Assembly: GCA_044345775.1 (NCBI GenBank)
Contig: JBIJAL010000001.1
Coordinates: 1-52,353 of the forward strand
DNA: 52,353 nt
Direction of reading: 5' to 3'
Source of the DNA: Candidatus Planktophila sp.
Lineage (GTDB): Bacteria > Actinomycetota > Actinomycetes > Nanopelagicales > Nanopelagicaceae
The notes beneath the pieces were generated by a model. The model searched no databases. It was given only the letters and a program-made list of their open reading frames with translations, and was not told the origin of the DNA. Below are positions 10,757 through 21,979 of the stretch, piece by piece. The position numbers and the translations under genes were made by a program. Numbering within the stretch: the first letter of the stretch is position 1; every line of letters begins with the position of its first letter.

Positions 10757-12025
10757 CTAGCGTGGATCGTCGTACTGGGGAGGTAATACACCTTCAACGG
10801 TAATGTCACTCGGCACGCCAACTTTATCTTTGTAGTAGATCCAAATAGCAGCCATTCCGACAAGTGAGATAGCGCCGCAGACGGCAACGCTTTCACGCAC
10901 ACCAATTGCTTCGACTAGATAGCCGATTGCCATCGAGCCAAATGGTGTTCCGCCCATAAATATCAAGAGATAAATTCCAGTAATGCGCCCACGAATTGCT
11001 GGGTCTGAATGCATCTGCATTAATGAGTTTGCTGTAATGAGCATGGTGAGGGCGAAGAAACCGCAAAGAGGTAGCCATGCGGCATAGAGTTCAAACGTTG
11101 GCATCACAGAGAGAATGAGGATCGATAGCGAGAAAAGTGTTCCAGTTTTTATCACAAACATGGTGTTACGTTGTTTTTCAAAACGAGCGCTAATCAAGGC
11201 ACCGCTGAGTGAACCAACGGCAATAAATGTTCCGAGCAGACCAAATGATGCGGCACCTTTATTAAACTCACCTCGAGCCATCAACGCATTAAATATCTGG
11301 AAATTTAGTCCAAAGGTTGCGGCGAAAAAGACTGCAATCATCACAACATAGAGATCTGGGCGTGCTCGCACGTAGGCAAGGCCTTCCCGAATTGTCCCAA
11401 GGGTTTTCTTTGCATCGCGGATAAAGAATTCTGATTCCCGCATAGAGAGAAGTGCGATATTTACTGCAACATAGCTACAGGCATTGATGATAAATGAGGG
11501 CCCAGTACCGTAGTGAGCAATGAGAAATCCTGAGATCGCAGGTCCTACTAAGCGACCAGCGTTGAAGTTCGCAGAATTTAGGCTCACCGCATTTGCTAAA
11601 TCTGATTGACCAACGATTTCCGATGTGAATGATTGACGAATCGGTGCATCGATTGCACCTGATATTCCTAGAACGGCGGCGCAGGCAAAGACGTGCCAGA
11701 GTTGAATGTCGCCACTGAGAACCAGAATTCCCAAAACAAGAGCAGATAATCCACCAAAGGTATTGGTAACAACTAATGCAAGACGCTTATTGACCCGATC
11801 AGCTAAGAGACCACCATGTAATGTGAAGAGAAGAAATGGGGCAAATTGAATTGCAGTAACTAACCCCAAGTAGTACCCGTTGTTATCTGTCAGCTCCAGT
11901 ACAAGCCAATCCTGTGCGATGCGCTGCGCCCACGAACCAATATTGGATACAGCATTAGCAGGAAAGAGAATTCGATAATTTCTATGCCGGAAAGAACGCC
12001 AACTTCCATTCTCATCTACGCGCAT
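10757..12025 (-). CDS. MFS transporter (MFS_3/DUF894 type)
   Basis: SNIGSWAQRIAQDWLVL, GGLLADRVNKR, NAVSLNSANFNAGRLVGP; start 12025 (7 nt after TATAGT) or 12031. Confidence 0.88.
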   Translation of the reverse strand: MRVDENGSWRSFRHRNYRILFPANAVSNIGSWAQRIAQDWLVLELTDNNGYYLGLVTAIQFAPFLLFTLHGGLLADRVNKRLALVVTNTFGGLSALVLGILVLSGDIQLWHVFACAAVLGISGAIDAPIRQSFTSEIVGQSDLANAVSLNSANFNAGRLVGPAISGFLIAHYGTGPSFIINACSYVAVNIALLSMRESEFFIRDAKKTLGTIREGLAYVRARPDLYVVMIAVFFAATFGLNFQIFNALMARGEFNKGAASFGLLGTFIAVGSLSGALISARFEKQRNTMFVIKTGTLFSLSILILSVMPTFELYAAWLPLCGFFALTMLITANSLMQMHSDPAIRGRITGIYLLIFMGGTPFGSMAIGYLVEAIGVRESVAVCGAISLVGMAAIWIYYKDKVGVPSDITVEGVLPPQYDDPR

Positions 12026-12043
12026 TCCCATTACTATAGTCCT

Positions 12044-12238
12044 ATGTCTGAGAAGTCACCGATAAAAACTGTTGTCATACTCGTCGCAGTTGGAACTATC
12101 GCGTGGCTTATTGCAGGAATGGTCGCTATCACCCTTGATTATGATTCAAAGTATGTATGGACTTGCGTCGTCGGCGCTCTGCTCGGTGCGACGGGTGTTC
12201 GGTACTCAATCAGGCGAGATCGAAGAAGCGGTATTTAA
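12044..12238 (+). CDS. DUF2530 family small membrane protein
   Basis: Two TM segments, VGTIAW...WTCVVG motif; usual context near serC/csp; TACTAT 6 nt before ATG. Confidence 0.75.
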   Translation: MSEKSPIKTVVILVAVGTIAWLIAGMVAITLDYDSKYVWTCVVGALLGATGVRYSIRRDRRSGI

Positions 12239-12618
12239 GCTTCGAGCTGACCCGCAATTCCTCGCAGAACACGACCTAGGCGCTCTGCTTCAGCACCTGA
12301 TGGATGGCGGCCTTGACGTAGACCATTTCCAACTTTGTCCAAGATTTTGATCGTATCTTCAATCATCGCTGCAAGATCGTCATTGTTCACTCGTGAATTT
12401 TCTGCCAGCGAAACGGGCGCGTCCACAATGTGAATAGACATCGCTTGTGGTCCTTTGCGAGAATCAATGACAGAGAACTCAAGCTTTGTTCCAGGCTTTA
12501 CCGTGGCAACGCCTTCAGGAAGAGCAGTTGCTGCTAAATAAACATCTTCGCCTTCATCGGATGCGATGAAACCAAAACCCTTTTCGAGGCTAAACCATTT
12601 AACGCGGCCTGTAGGCAT
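12235..12618 (-). CDS. cold-shock domain protein with C-terminal extension (CspB-like)
   Basis: MPTGRVKWF..EKGFGFI cold-shock domain plus actinobacterial helical tail. Confidence 0.9.
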   Translation of the reverse strand: MPTGRVKWFSLEKGFGFIASDEGEDVYLAATALPEGVATVKPGTKLEFSVIDSRKGPQAMSIHIVDAPVSLAENSRVNNDDLAAMIEDTIKILDKVGNGLRQGRHPSGAEAERLGRVLRGIAGQLEA

Positions 12619-12691
12619 TGGATACTCCTTGATGTCGAAAGTTCTGGGGACTAGAACAGGGATTGAGTTTATCGCAGATTAATAGGGCGGT

Positions 12692-12733
12692 GCTACTTAA
12701 TTGTCGCTTCGCTACTTAATCGTTGCTTCGCTA
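12692..12733. repeat. 19-bp tandem duplication of the DUF3027 gene 3' end
   Basis: GCTACTTAATTGTCGCTTC / GCTACTTAATCGTTGCTTC / GCTA. Confidence 0.8.
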
Positions 12734-13374
12734 TGAGCGCCACAGCCATGGTCAACAGAAACTACGCGCGCATCATCTGGTGCAATTGCATTTGCGCAGA
12801 CGCCAAAGGATGCACGTAGCGAGCCAGCGATCGGCAGGAAGAAGCCACATGTTTGGCAAGGTTTAGGCGCGCTCTGCGCAATCGGCGCGTTCGGTCCGCT
12901 ATCTCCGGCATACCAACGCTTACTTGCCTGGTCGCGTCCTTCAATTGATAGTACGCGCGCACGTGAAAGTCCTAAATCAAATACCTGAGTAGGATCAAGC
13001 TGTTCGTCTTGAATTAGTGAATGTATGCCAGGTGCTAAACGTGAATCATCAAGAATGCTTGGAACAATAACTCCTGGTTGAATATCTTCAGGCAGAATGC
13101 GATCGCGGTAATCAATCCAATCAGGAGCGAGAAGTGAATCTGGACCTGGAAGAACTACAACATCACAAATGGTTGGGGTTGCACCATCTTCAACCTCTGC
13201 AACAGTGACACACCAACGCCATCCTTTATATCCTGAAAGATCTGCTTCAAATAAGAATGTTGAGACGCGATTGTGGTTATCAATCTCGACGGAGACAAAT
13301 GCACCGACCTGCGAAGCTTTTTCGGCATCAGCAATTGCAGCATTGCGTGCGATCTCTTGCACCGACATTGTCAT
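12712..13374 (-). CDS. DUF3027 family protein
   Basis: GYKGWRW, R-VLS-EGR, CxxC (CQTCGFF) and DHGCGAHSE motifs. Confidence 0.9.
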   Translation of the reverse strand: MTMSVQEIARNAAIADAEKASQVGAFVSVEIDNHNRVSTFLFEADLSGYKGWRWCVTVAEVEDGATPTICDVVVLPGPDSLLAPDWIDYRDRILPEDIQPGVIVPSILDDSRLAPGIHSLIQDEQLDPTQVFDLGLSRARVLSIEGRDQASKRWYAGDSGPNAPIAQSAPKPCQTCGFFLPIAGSLRASFGVCANAIAPDDARVVSVDHGCGAHSEATIK

Positions 13375-13390
13375 TGGGTAAGGATAAAGC

Positions 13391-13426
13391 AGAACAGGCC
13401 CACGATGTTAATCGCGAGCCTGTTCT
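13391..13426 (-). terminator. hairpin downstream of groEL
   Basis: Minus-strand AGAACAGGCTCGCGAT-TAAC-ATCGTGGGCCTGTTCT (two G-U pairs) followed by GCTTT. Confidence 0.7.
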
Positions 13427-13450
13427 GGTAATACGTATGCGAGGATTAGA

Positions 13451-15109
<1,659 letters not shown>

Positions 15110-15136
15110 TTATCACTCTCGACCCGTGAGTGCTAA
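15110..15136. promoter_or_regulatory. CIRCE element (HrcA operator)
   Basis: TTATCACTC-N9-GAGTGCTAA, one mismatch to TTAGCACTC-N9-GAGTGCTAA, directly upstream of groEL. Confidence 0.92.
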
Positions 15137-15195
15137 CGCCAAATCTACGGCCTTCTATTCCCGACTGCAAAACGAGGGTGCAAAACGGAGGCTGT

Positions 15196-15468
15196 TTAGC
15201 GGGTAGTGCGGGCTGAGGTGCGGGCTTCGCGCAGGCGGCGAAGGCGCTTGACCAGCATAGGAGAGGCCTCGAGGGCATCTGGGCGATCAATGAGGTCGTT
15301 GAGAATTTGATAGTAGCGAGGGGCGCTTAGGTCGAAGAGTTCTTTGATCGCGCTCTCTTTAGCCCCAGCAAAGCGCCACCAGCTGCGTTCGAATTCCAGG
15401 ATACGAAATTCAAGGTCGCTCAGAGATGGCGAAGTATTCACGCTCTCACTATTTTCTAGGGCTGACAT
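15196..15468 (-). CDS. DUF3263 family protein
   Basis: [30 protein letters not shown] motif; typical neighbour of groEL2. Confidence 0.88.
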   Translation of the reverse strand: MSALENSESVNTSPSLSDLEFRILEFERSWWRFAGAKESAIKELFDLSAPRYYQILNDLIDRPDALEASPMLVKRLRRLREARTSARTTR

Positions 15469-15508
15469 ATGGGCAATCGTAATAGATTCCTAGTAAAAAC
15501 TGTGGGAT

Positions 15509-16855
15509 TTACAGCGTTGCAAGTATCGCCTTGATGTCAGCGATTGTGGTCCATGGATTAACTATTGCAAAGCGAAGAAGTGGCTCGCCGTCATGGGATG
15601 AAGGTGTGACAAAACCAATCTGATCCTCTAGTAATTGATTACTCCACTGTTGATATTGATCTTTGCTCCATCCTTTACGCGTGAATGCAACGATCGATAA
15701 ATCTGGTTCGCGTAAAAGTTCTAGGTTTGGGTGATCTTTAATAATCACTGCTGCATCGCGAGCAACTTGAAGTGTTTCTTCCATGGCATCTCTATATGCA
15801 TCTGTACCCGCAGCAGCGAGTGAGAACCAGAACGGCAAGCCGCGAGTACGACGAGTCAGTTGAATCGCATAATCAGAAGGATTCCACGTGCCATCGTGCA
15901 GAGCATCGAGATAGGAAGCATGCTGGGTGTGCGTTGCGCGCGCAATATCTGGATCACGATAAACAAGTGCGCAGGCATCGTACGGAGCGAAGAGCCACTT
16001 GTGTGGGTCGACGATAAATGAATCACAGAGTTCGATGCCGCTAAAATCATTGCGAACAGATGGCGCGCATAAGCCAGCAAGACCGTAAGCACCATCTACA
16101 TGAAACCAAATATTGCGATCGTGAGCCGCTTGTGCCGCCCCAACTAGATCATCAATAACGCCTAAGTTTGTTGTGCCAGCAGTTGCAACGACGGCACACA
16201 CCTGTCCATCACTTGTGGCGTGATAGGCATCAATAGCTGCGGCTATGTCCTCACCATGCATTCGTAGATCATCGCGAACAGCCACGGTGACAATTTCTAC
16301 ATCCATCACCTGCGCTGCCGTTGCAATAGAAGAGTGTGCCTCTTCACTGCAAGCAATTGCCCATCGCTTAATGCCAGGGAATTTTTTACGTGCATCTTCG
16401 CGTGCAGTGACAAGGGCTGAAAGATTTCCGATAGTTCCGCCCTGTACGAAAACACCACCGGCAGATTCAGGAAGTCCCGCTAAATCAGATAACCAACGAA
16501 GTGCTTGATTTTCTGCAAAGACCGCACCGGCACCTTCTTGCCACGATCCGCCGTACAACGCACTTGCGCCGACAACGAGATCGAAGAGGCTGGCATATTC
16601 ACTTGGCGCAGATGGAATGTATGCCAGATAGCGTGGATGATCTGTTGAGATACACGCTTGTGCCAATACTTCAGTAAAGAGCGCTAGCGCTTTGCTACCG
16701 CCCAAACCACGCGCAGAGATCGTGTTGCCCACTTCAGTGAATAAATCTGCAGCAGATCGTGGACCGTCAAGCGGTGGATCATTTTTCAGACGATCAAGAC
16801 TGTAAGCAAGAACTTCTTGCGCTAGTGCTTCAATCTCTGCAGTGAACTTATGCAT
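15509..16855 (-). CDS. PLP-dependent group II amino-acid decarboxylase
   Basis: GGT.GN, TAGTT, HVDGAYG and DPHKWL (PLP lysine) motifs; substrate unknown. Confidence 0.88.
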   Translation of the reverse strand: MHKFTAEIEALAQEVLAYSLDRLKNDPPLDGPRSAADLFTEVGNTISARGLGGSKALALFTEVLAQACISTDHPRYLAYIPSAPSEYASLFDLVVGASALYGGSWQEGAGAVFAENQALRWLSDLAGLPESAGGVFVQGGTIGNLSALVTAREDARKKFPGIKRWAIACSEEAHSSIATAAQVMDVEIVTVAVRDDLRMHGEDIAAAIDAYHATSDGQVCAVVATAGTTNLGVIDDLVGAAQAAHDRNIWFHVDGAYGLAGLCAPSVRNDFSGIELCDSFIVDPHKWLFAPYDACALVYRDPDIARATHTQHASYLDALHDGTWNPSDYAIQLTRRTRGLPFWFSLAAAGTDAYRDAMEETLQVARDAAVIIKDHPNLELLREPDLSIVAFTRKGWSKDQYQQWSNQLLEDQIGFVTPSSHDGEPLLRFAIVNPWTTIADIKAILATL

Positions 16856-18326
16856 CCTTACCTGCCCGTTTTACAATGTTGCGAATCATTGTAGGAAAGA
16901 CAAAGAGATGTAGCGGTGCGATTGCGTGCCAATATAATTGGCCACCTAAACCTCGCGGATTAAATGTCGCTTCCTGCACCACATGAGTCTTTCCATTTTC
17001 TGCAGTGACGGTAAATTCAAGCCACGCCTTTCCAGGTAGGACCATCTCTGCATAAAGTTTTAATCTACGGCCGGGCTCGAGCTCTTCTACTCGCCAAAAA
17101 TCTAAACTTTCACCGATCCGTAGAAAATCAGGATCGCGGCGACCGCGACGTAAACCGACTCCACCTACCGCGCGATCAATAAGTCCGCGCGCCCACCAGA
17201 GAAAATCAGAACCAAACCATCCATGTTCACCACCAATACCTTCAATCTGGCGCCAAATTTTTTCAGCAGAAACATCTGTTGTTACTTCGCGCCGATCACG
17301 TAGAACTGCCTCTCCTGCCCACTCGGGATCGCCTTGAGCTTTCTGCCACGGCGCTGTTGGACTTGTTGCATCGGACCAACGAGTTTCAACGCTATGGGTA
17401 TTAATTCTTGAGAGCGCTAGCGTCATCGCAGTCGATACATCGGTCAAGCCCTCAGCAGGCAGAGGAATCGTCGCGTTAATGCTCTTTGCTGGATCGGCGA
17501 CAACTTCGCTAATGAGCGAACCAACAAGTGGTCGTGCCAGCGCAGTTGGAACAGGTGTGACTAAACCAATCCATAAACTAGAAAGCCCGGGGGTAAGAAC
17601 TGGAATCTTTACGATGATTCTTTTCTTAAGCCCCGATAACTTTGCAAACTTCTGCATCATATCCGCGTACGTCAAAACTTCTGGGCCGCCAATATCGAAA
17701 ACTTTTCCAACCGGTTTCGCAAGAAGTGCGGCGTTCTTCAAGTAATACAAAATATCCCGAATAGCAATTGGGTGCGTACGGTTCATTACCCATTTCGGTG
17801 TTGTCATTATTGGCAAGCGATGTGTGAGATGACGCAACATTTCAAAGCTAGCAGAGCCTGAACCAATAATAATGCCCGCTCGTAACTCCATTACTGGCAC
17901 CGATGTACTTGCAAGTTCTGCTCCTGTGCGAGCGCGTGATGCTAAGTGCTTACTAATGTTCTTATCGTTTGCAATTCCACCTAAGTAAACAATTTGTGAG
18001 ACACCTGCAGCTTCTGCTGCTTGCGCGAAATCGCGCGCCATCTTTGCTTCGATTTCATCAAAATCTGGACCTAGATTAATTGAATGTAAAAGGTAATACG
18101 CGGTATGAACACCGATGAGTGCGCTATCAAGGTCTGCTCGATTTTCTGCGCTTCCTTCACTAATTTCAACTGATGATGCCCATGGCTGTCCCTGAATTTT
18201 GTGCCAATCACGAACCAAAATCCGCACATCTAATTTTTCTTCAACCAGAGTTCTCACTAAACGCCCACCAACATAGCCCGATGCCCCTGTGACGAGATAT
18301 AGGCGCTTTTCAGTCTTCGCTTCCAT
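16848..18326 (-). CDS. atypical SDR (NAD-binding) protein with C-terminal DUF2867 (YbjT-like)
   Basis: TGASGYVGG, IIIGSGSASFE, C-terminal DFWRV...AEM.LPGKAWLEF; start ATG 18326. Confidence 0.85.
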   Translation of the reverse strand: MEAKTEKRLYLVTGASGYVGGRLVRTLVEEKLDVRILVRDWHKIQGQPWASSVEISEGSAENRADLDSALIGVHTAYYLLHSINLGPDFDEIEAKMARDFAQAAEAAGVSQIVYLGGIANDKNISKHLASRARTGAELASTSVPVMELRAGIIIGSGSASFEMLRHLTHRLPIMTTPKWVMNRTHPIAIRDILYYLKNAALLAKPVGKVFDIGGPEVLTYADMMQKFAKLSGLKKRIIVKIPVLTPGLSSLWIGLVTPVPTALARPLVGSLISEVVADPAKSINATIPLPAEGLTDVSTAMTLALSRINTHSVETRWSDATSPTAPWQKAQGDPEWAGEAVLRDRREVTTDVSAEKIWRQIEGIGGEHGWFGSDFLWWARGLIDRAVGGVGLRRGRRDPDFLRIGESLDFWRVEELEPGRRLKLYAEMVLPGKAWLEFTVTAENGKTHVVQEATFNPRGLGGQLYWHAIAPLHLFVFPTMIRNIVKRAGKDA

Positions 18327-18349
18327 GAGGTTCAGCCTAGACTGAGGCC

Positions 18350-19582
18350 ATGGCAACTTCCATACGACCTCGCGTCGTGATCCTTGGCGCTGGCTTTGGT
18401 GGCCTAGCAACTGCGCGTGCCTTGGCCGGTAAGGCAGATGTGACCGTGGTCGATCGCCACAATTATCAAACCTTCTTGCCCCTGTTGTATCAGGTTTCTA
18501 CCGCTGGCCTTGCCGCAGATCATGTGGCTCATCCTGTGCGCGGAATTTTAAATAAAGACGGTGTTAAGTTTCGAATGGGTTCACCCATTTCAGTTGATCA
18601 TAAAAATAAGTCAGTTAAATTAGATTCGAGTGAGAGTTTGGATTTTGATCACCTGGTTGTCGCACTTGGTTCTTCTACAAATGATTTTGGAATTCCAGGG
18701 GTAGCCGAATACGGGCTTGGAATGAAAAATGTGCATGAAGCAATCTCGATTCGCGCTGAAATCATGCGCCGTTTTGAAGATCTCTGTCGCTTTGAAGATG
18801 ACACTCGTCTAAGCATCTCTGTCATCGGTGGTGGTCCAACAGGAGTTGAGATGGCGGGTGCGATCGCAGAGCTTGTGCGTGGACCTCTACGTAATGATCA
18901 CAAGCATGCATCAGAACATATGGATATCTATCTCATCGAAGCAGGGCCACGAATCTTGCCTATGTTTGCAGAAAAACTTTCTAGCCGCGCCCAACGTGAT
19001 CTTGAGAAGATGGGCGTCATAGTAAAACTTAATACAGCGGTGCAAGAGGTAAAACCACGCAGCATTGTGGTTAAAGGCGCTGATGCAATTCCATCTGAGG
19101 TAACAATTTGGGCTGCCGGAGTTAAGGGTGAACCAACAGGTGCGATTCTTAATCTTCCACTTGATGGAACACGCATTGATGTGGATCCAACCCTTGCAGT
19201 TTCTCATTATCCATATGTGTGGGCTATCGGTGATATCTCAGGCGCTAAAGGAAAAGATGGACGCTTCTTGCCACAAGTAGCGCCAGTTGCGCTGCAACAA
19301 GGAAGGTTTGTCGCTGAACAAATCATTCGTCTTACTGTTGGAAAAGCACTTCAGCCATTTAAATATCGCGATAAAGGTTCCATGGCAACGATCGGCCGAC
19401 ATAAGGCTGTTGTTCAAGTTGGTAAATTTACGATGGTGGGAATTCCAGCCTGGTATGCCTGGCTCTGGCTACACCTTTTCTATCTCTTAGGTGGAAGTAA
19501 TAAAATTGGCACGATGGCTGATTGGACATGGAACTACCTCACCTTTGATCGAGGCAATCGTCACATCATGGATAGCATGTAA
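18350..19582 (+). CDS. ndh: type II NADH dehydrogenase
   Basis: GAGFGG, PLLYQV, GGGPTGVEMAG, WAAGV, F.YRDKGSMATIG motifs. Confidence 0.9.
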   Translation: MATSIRPRVVILGAGFGGLATARALAGKADVTVVDRHNYQTFLPLLYQVSTAGLAADHVAHPVRGILNKDGVKFRMGSPISVDHKNKSVKLDSSESLDFDHLVVALGSSTNDFGIPGVAEYGLGMKNVHEAISIRAEIMRRFEDLCRFEDDTRLSISVIGGGPTGVEMAGAIAELVRGPLRNDHKHASEHMDIYLIEAGPRILPMFAEKLSSRAQRDLEKMGVIVKLNTAVQEVKPRSIVVKGADAIPSEVTIWAAGVKGEPTGAILNLPLDGTRIDVDPTLAVSHYPYVWAIGDISGAKGKDGRFLPQVAPVALQQGRFVAEQIIRLTVGKALQPFKYRDKGSMATIGRHKAVVQVGKFTMVGIPAWYAWLWLHLFYLLGGSNKIGTMADWTWNYLTFDRGNRHIMDSM

Positions 19583-19584
19583 GA

Positions 19585-20361
19585 ATGTCTGAGTACATCG
19601 AACTGCGCGGTCATCGAATTCGTTCATACGAGTGGCCGCACGATGGTGAAGCAGTGCTATTACTTCATGGCGGACTAAGCCAAACATCGCACTGGGATAC
19701 ACAAATCCTTCCAGCGATTGAAGATGACTTTCACATCTTTGCCTACGATCGCACCGGACATGGCTTTACCGGTGATCAGCCGGGAAGTTTTCACTTTGAA
19801 TTTCAAAAAAATGAAGCGATCGCTTATCTAGAAGATGTTGTAAAGAAACCAGCGCACATCATCGGCTATAGCGATGGCGCAAATATTGCGCTGATGGTTG
19901 CTATTGAACGGCCTGATTTAGTTGCCTCAATCGTTTCTATCGCGGGGAATTATCATCACAGCGGAATACACCCGCTTCCTGAATCTGATGGATTTATTGC
20001 TCAAGAAGATCGAGATGAGTACGCGTTGACTTCTCCCGATGCGCCACACACTCTTGATGAGAAGATCGCAAAGATGAGAGCTATCTGGAAAGTAGAGCCA
20101 GATATGTCACCAGAGTTGTTAGCAAAAATTGAATGTCCCGTGCTGGTTATGGCTGGGGATGACGATGTGGTGCGCCACGATCATACGATCGATCTCTTTG
20201 AACGCCTACCGTTAGGTCAACTAGCGATCGTTCCAGGTACATCACACGGGCTAGTGAAAGAAAAACCTGCAATAGTTCAAGCACTCATTGAAGATTTCTT
20301 AAGCGATTTAAGTTATCCAGTAACTCGCATGCCTTACAAGCGTACAAATCCCGAAACTTAG
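19585..20361 (+). CDS. alpha/beta hydrolase
   Basis: LLHGG, DRTGHG and GYSDG nucleophile elbow; catalytic His in GTSH. Confidence 0.88.
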   Translation: MSEYIELRGHRIRSYEWPHDGEAVLLLHGGLSQTSHWDTQILPAIEDDFHIFAYDRTGHGFTGDQPGSFHFEFQKNEAIAYLEDVVKKPAHIIGYSDGANIALMVAIERPDLVASIVSIAGNYHHSGIHPLPESDGFIAQEDRDEYALTSPDAPHTLDEKIAKMRAIWKVEPDMSPELLAKIECPVLVMAGDDDVVRHDHTIDLFERLPLGQLAIVPGTSHGLVKEKPAIVQALIEDFLSDLSYPVTRMPYKRTNPET

Positions 20362-20876
20362 AAGTTCTTGAAGTCAATCTTTCCAGTTTTTACATCGTAA
20401 ATCGCACCGGCCACAGATACACCTTCACGAATCAACGGGTATGCACGTATTCGAGTGATATCAGTTTCTAGAGCTGCCTCTTGATCTTTAGTGACGCGAA
20501 ATTCAAGACTTCGCGTATCTACTCCGTATTTGCTATCGATGAGCTCGTGGATACTCGACTCATCACTTTGTGCCATACGGCAGTCGGTGTGTGGCATCAC
20601 AAGAATGCGATCAACGTTAAGTAAATATGTCGCAAGGACAAGGGTGCGAAGCACATCTTCAGTGACGCGCGCACCCGCATTACGCAAAATTTTTGCATCC
20701 CCTGATCGCATTCCAACAACAGAAAGTGGATTGATCCGTGAATCCATGCAGGTAATAATTGCTAGACCGCGCGCTGCAGAGCCTGTGAGCTCGCTGTATT
20801 TAAATGAATCCACATATTCAGAGTTTGCTGCAATGAGATCGCCAAATGTAGAGGCATTGAACACTTCGTTATTCAC
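20358..20876 (-). CDS. beta-class carbonic anhydrase
   Basis: CMDSR, RNAG, HTDC Zn ligands and YDVKTG; AAAGGA SD; the track's upstream extension runs through the tRNA. Confidence 0.92.
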   Translation of the reverse strand: MNNEVFNASTFGDLIAANSEYVDSFKYSELTGSAARGLAIITCMDSRINPLSVVGMRSGDAKILRNAGARVTEDVLRTLVLATYLLNVDRILVMPHTDCRMAQSDESSIHELIDSKYGVDTRSLEFRVTKDQEAALETDITRIRAYPLIREGVSVAGAIYDVKTGKIDFKNF

Positions 20877-20899
20877 CAACGCATCCTTTCCACTGAGCG

Positions 20900-20974
20900 T
20901 GGAGCCCCCCGTCAGGATTGAACTGACGACCTTCCGCTTACAAGGCGGATGCTCTACCACTGAGCTAGGGAGGC
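20900..20974 (-). tRNA. tRNA-Thr (anticodon TGT), CCA encoded
   Basis: GCCTCCCTAGCTCAGTGGTAGAGCATCCGCC-TTGTAAG-CGGAAGGTCGTCAGTTCAATCCTGACGGGGGGCTCCA folds into a cloverleaf. Confidence 0.97.
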
Positions 20975-21058
20975 CTGTCACATGATCTGCAACGAGGCGT
21001 AATTATGGCAGGGGTTGGGCTAATCTAAAAATCGCGGCAGGTGGACTAGGTTACGTGC

Positions 21059-21976
21059 ATGCGACTAGGCGTACTTGATATGGGATCAAACACGATCCAT
21101 CTCCAAGTCGTCGATGCTCACCCTGGTGCCCGTCCAACTCCGGCTTCAAGTCAGAAATTTGAACTGCGCCTGACAGACTATTTAGATCGCAACAATCACA
21201 TTACCGATGAAGGCTTTGATCGTCTCACTCATGCAACTACTGAAGTGTTAAAACATGCTGAAGAGTTTAAATGTGAAGAGATTCTCGCCATTGCAACATC
21301 TGCAATTCGAGAAGCCGAGAATGGCGAGACGATCATTGAAAAACTCCAGAAAATCCACGGGATTGAATTACAAATTCTCTCTGGTGACGAAGAAGCACAA
21401 CTCACATTTTTAGCAGCGCGTAGATGGCTCGGTTGGTCTGCCGGTCGGTTGCTGGTTCTTGATATTGGTGGCGGCTCACTCGAGATGGCTGTTGGAAATG
21501 ATGAATCCGCAAGTGCAACACTTTCACTTCCCATCGGTGCAGCGCGCATGACTCGTGAATTTCTCACCGGTGACCCATACACCTCAAAGAGCATCAAGGC
21601 TTTGGCTCAGCATGCAAAGGAGTTAATCTCATCCTCAGTCACTGGCGAACTTGCAGAACATAACGCTGATCGCATCGTGGCAACAAGCAAAACATTTCGC
21701 ACGCTAGCCAGACTCACAGACAATTGGTATAAAGATGGCGGCAAATACCTCGAGCACCAGGCGTTAGTGGCAGCAATCGAGAAATTGAAAGATCTTTCGC
21801 TGAGCCAACGTGCCGCGCTCCCTGGCGTTTCTCAAAGCCGGGCAAAACAAATTGTGGCAGGGGCAATTGTTGCCGAATCTGTGATGCATCACCTAGCGGT
21901 TGAAAAAGTAGAAATCTGCCCATGGGCGCTACGTGAAGGTATCGTCTTAAAGTGGCTTGATTGGATGGAGAAGTAA
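21059..21976 (+). CDS. ppx: Ppx/GppA family exopolyphosphatase
   Basis: DMGSNT, ATSAIREA, DIGGGSLE and ALREG motifs. Confidence 0.9.
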   Translation: MRLGVLDMGSNTIHLQVVDAHPGARPTPASSQKFELRLTDYLDRNNHITDEGFDRLTHATTEVLKHAEEFKCEEILAIATSAIREAENGETIIEKLQKIHGIELQILSGDEEAQLTFLAARRWLGWSAGRLLVLDIGGGSLEMAVGNDESASATLSLPIGAARMTREFLTGDPYTSKSIKALAQHAKELISSSVTGELAEHNADRIVATSKTFRTLARLTDNWYKDGGKYLEHQALVAAIEKLKDLSLSQRAALPGVSQSRAKQIVAGAIVAESVMHHLAVEKVEICPWALREGIVLKWLDWMEK

Positions 21977-21979
21977 AGG

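Noticed and set aside
20877-20981. N-terminal extension of carbonic anhydrase
   Set aside because: Runs through the tRNA-Thr gene; a good SD lies before 20876/20879.
20880-21058. tRNA as an island integration site
   Set aside because: No integrase, and I saw no duplicated tRNA 3' end in the window.
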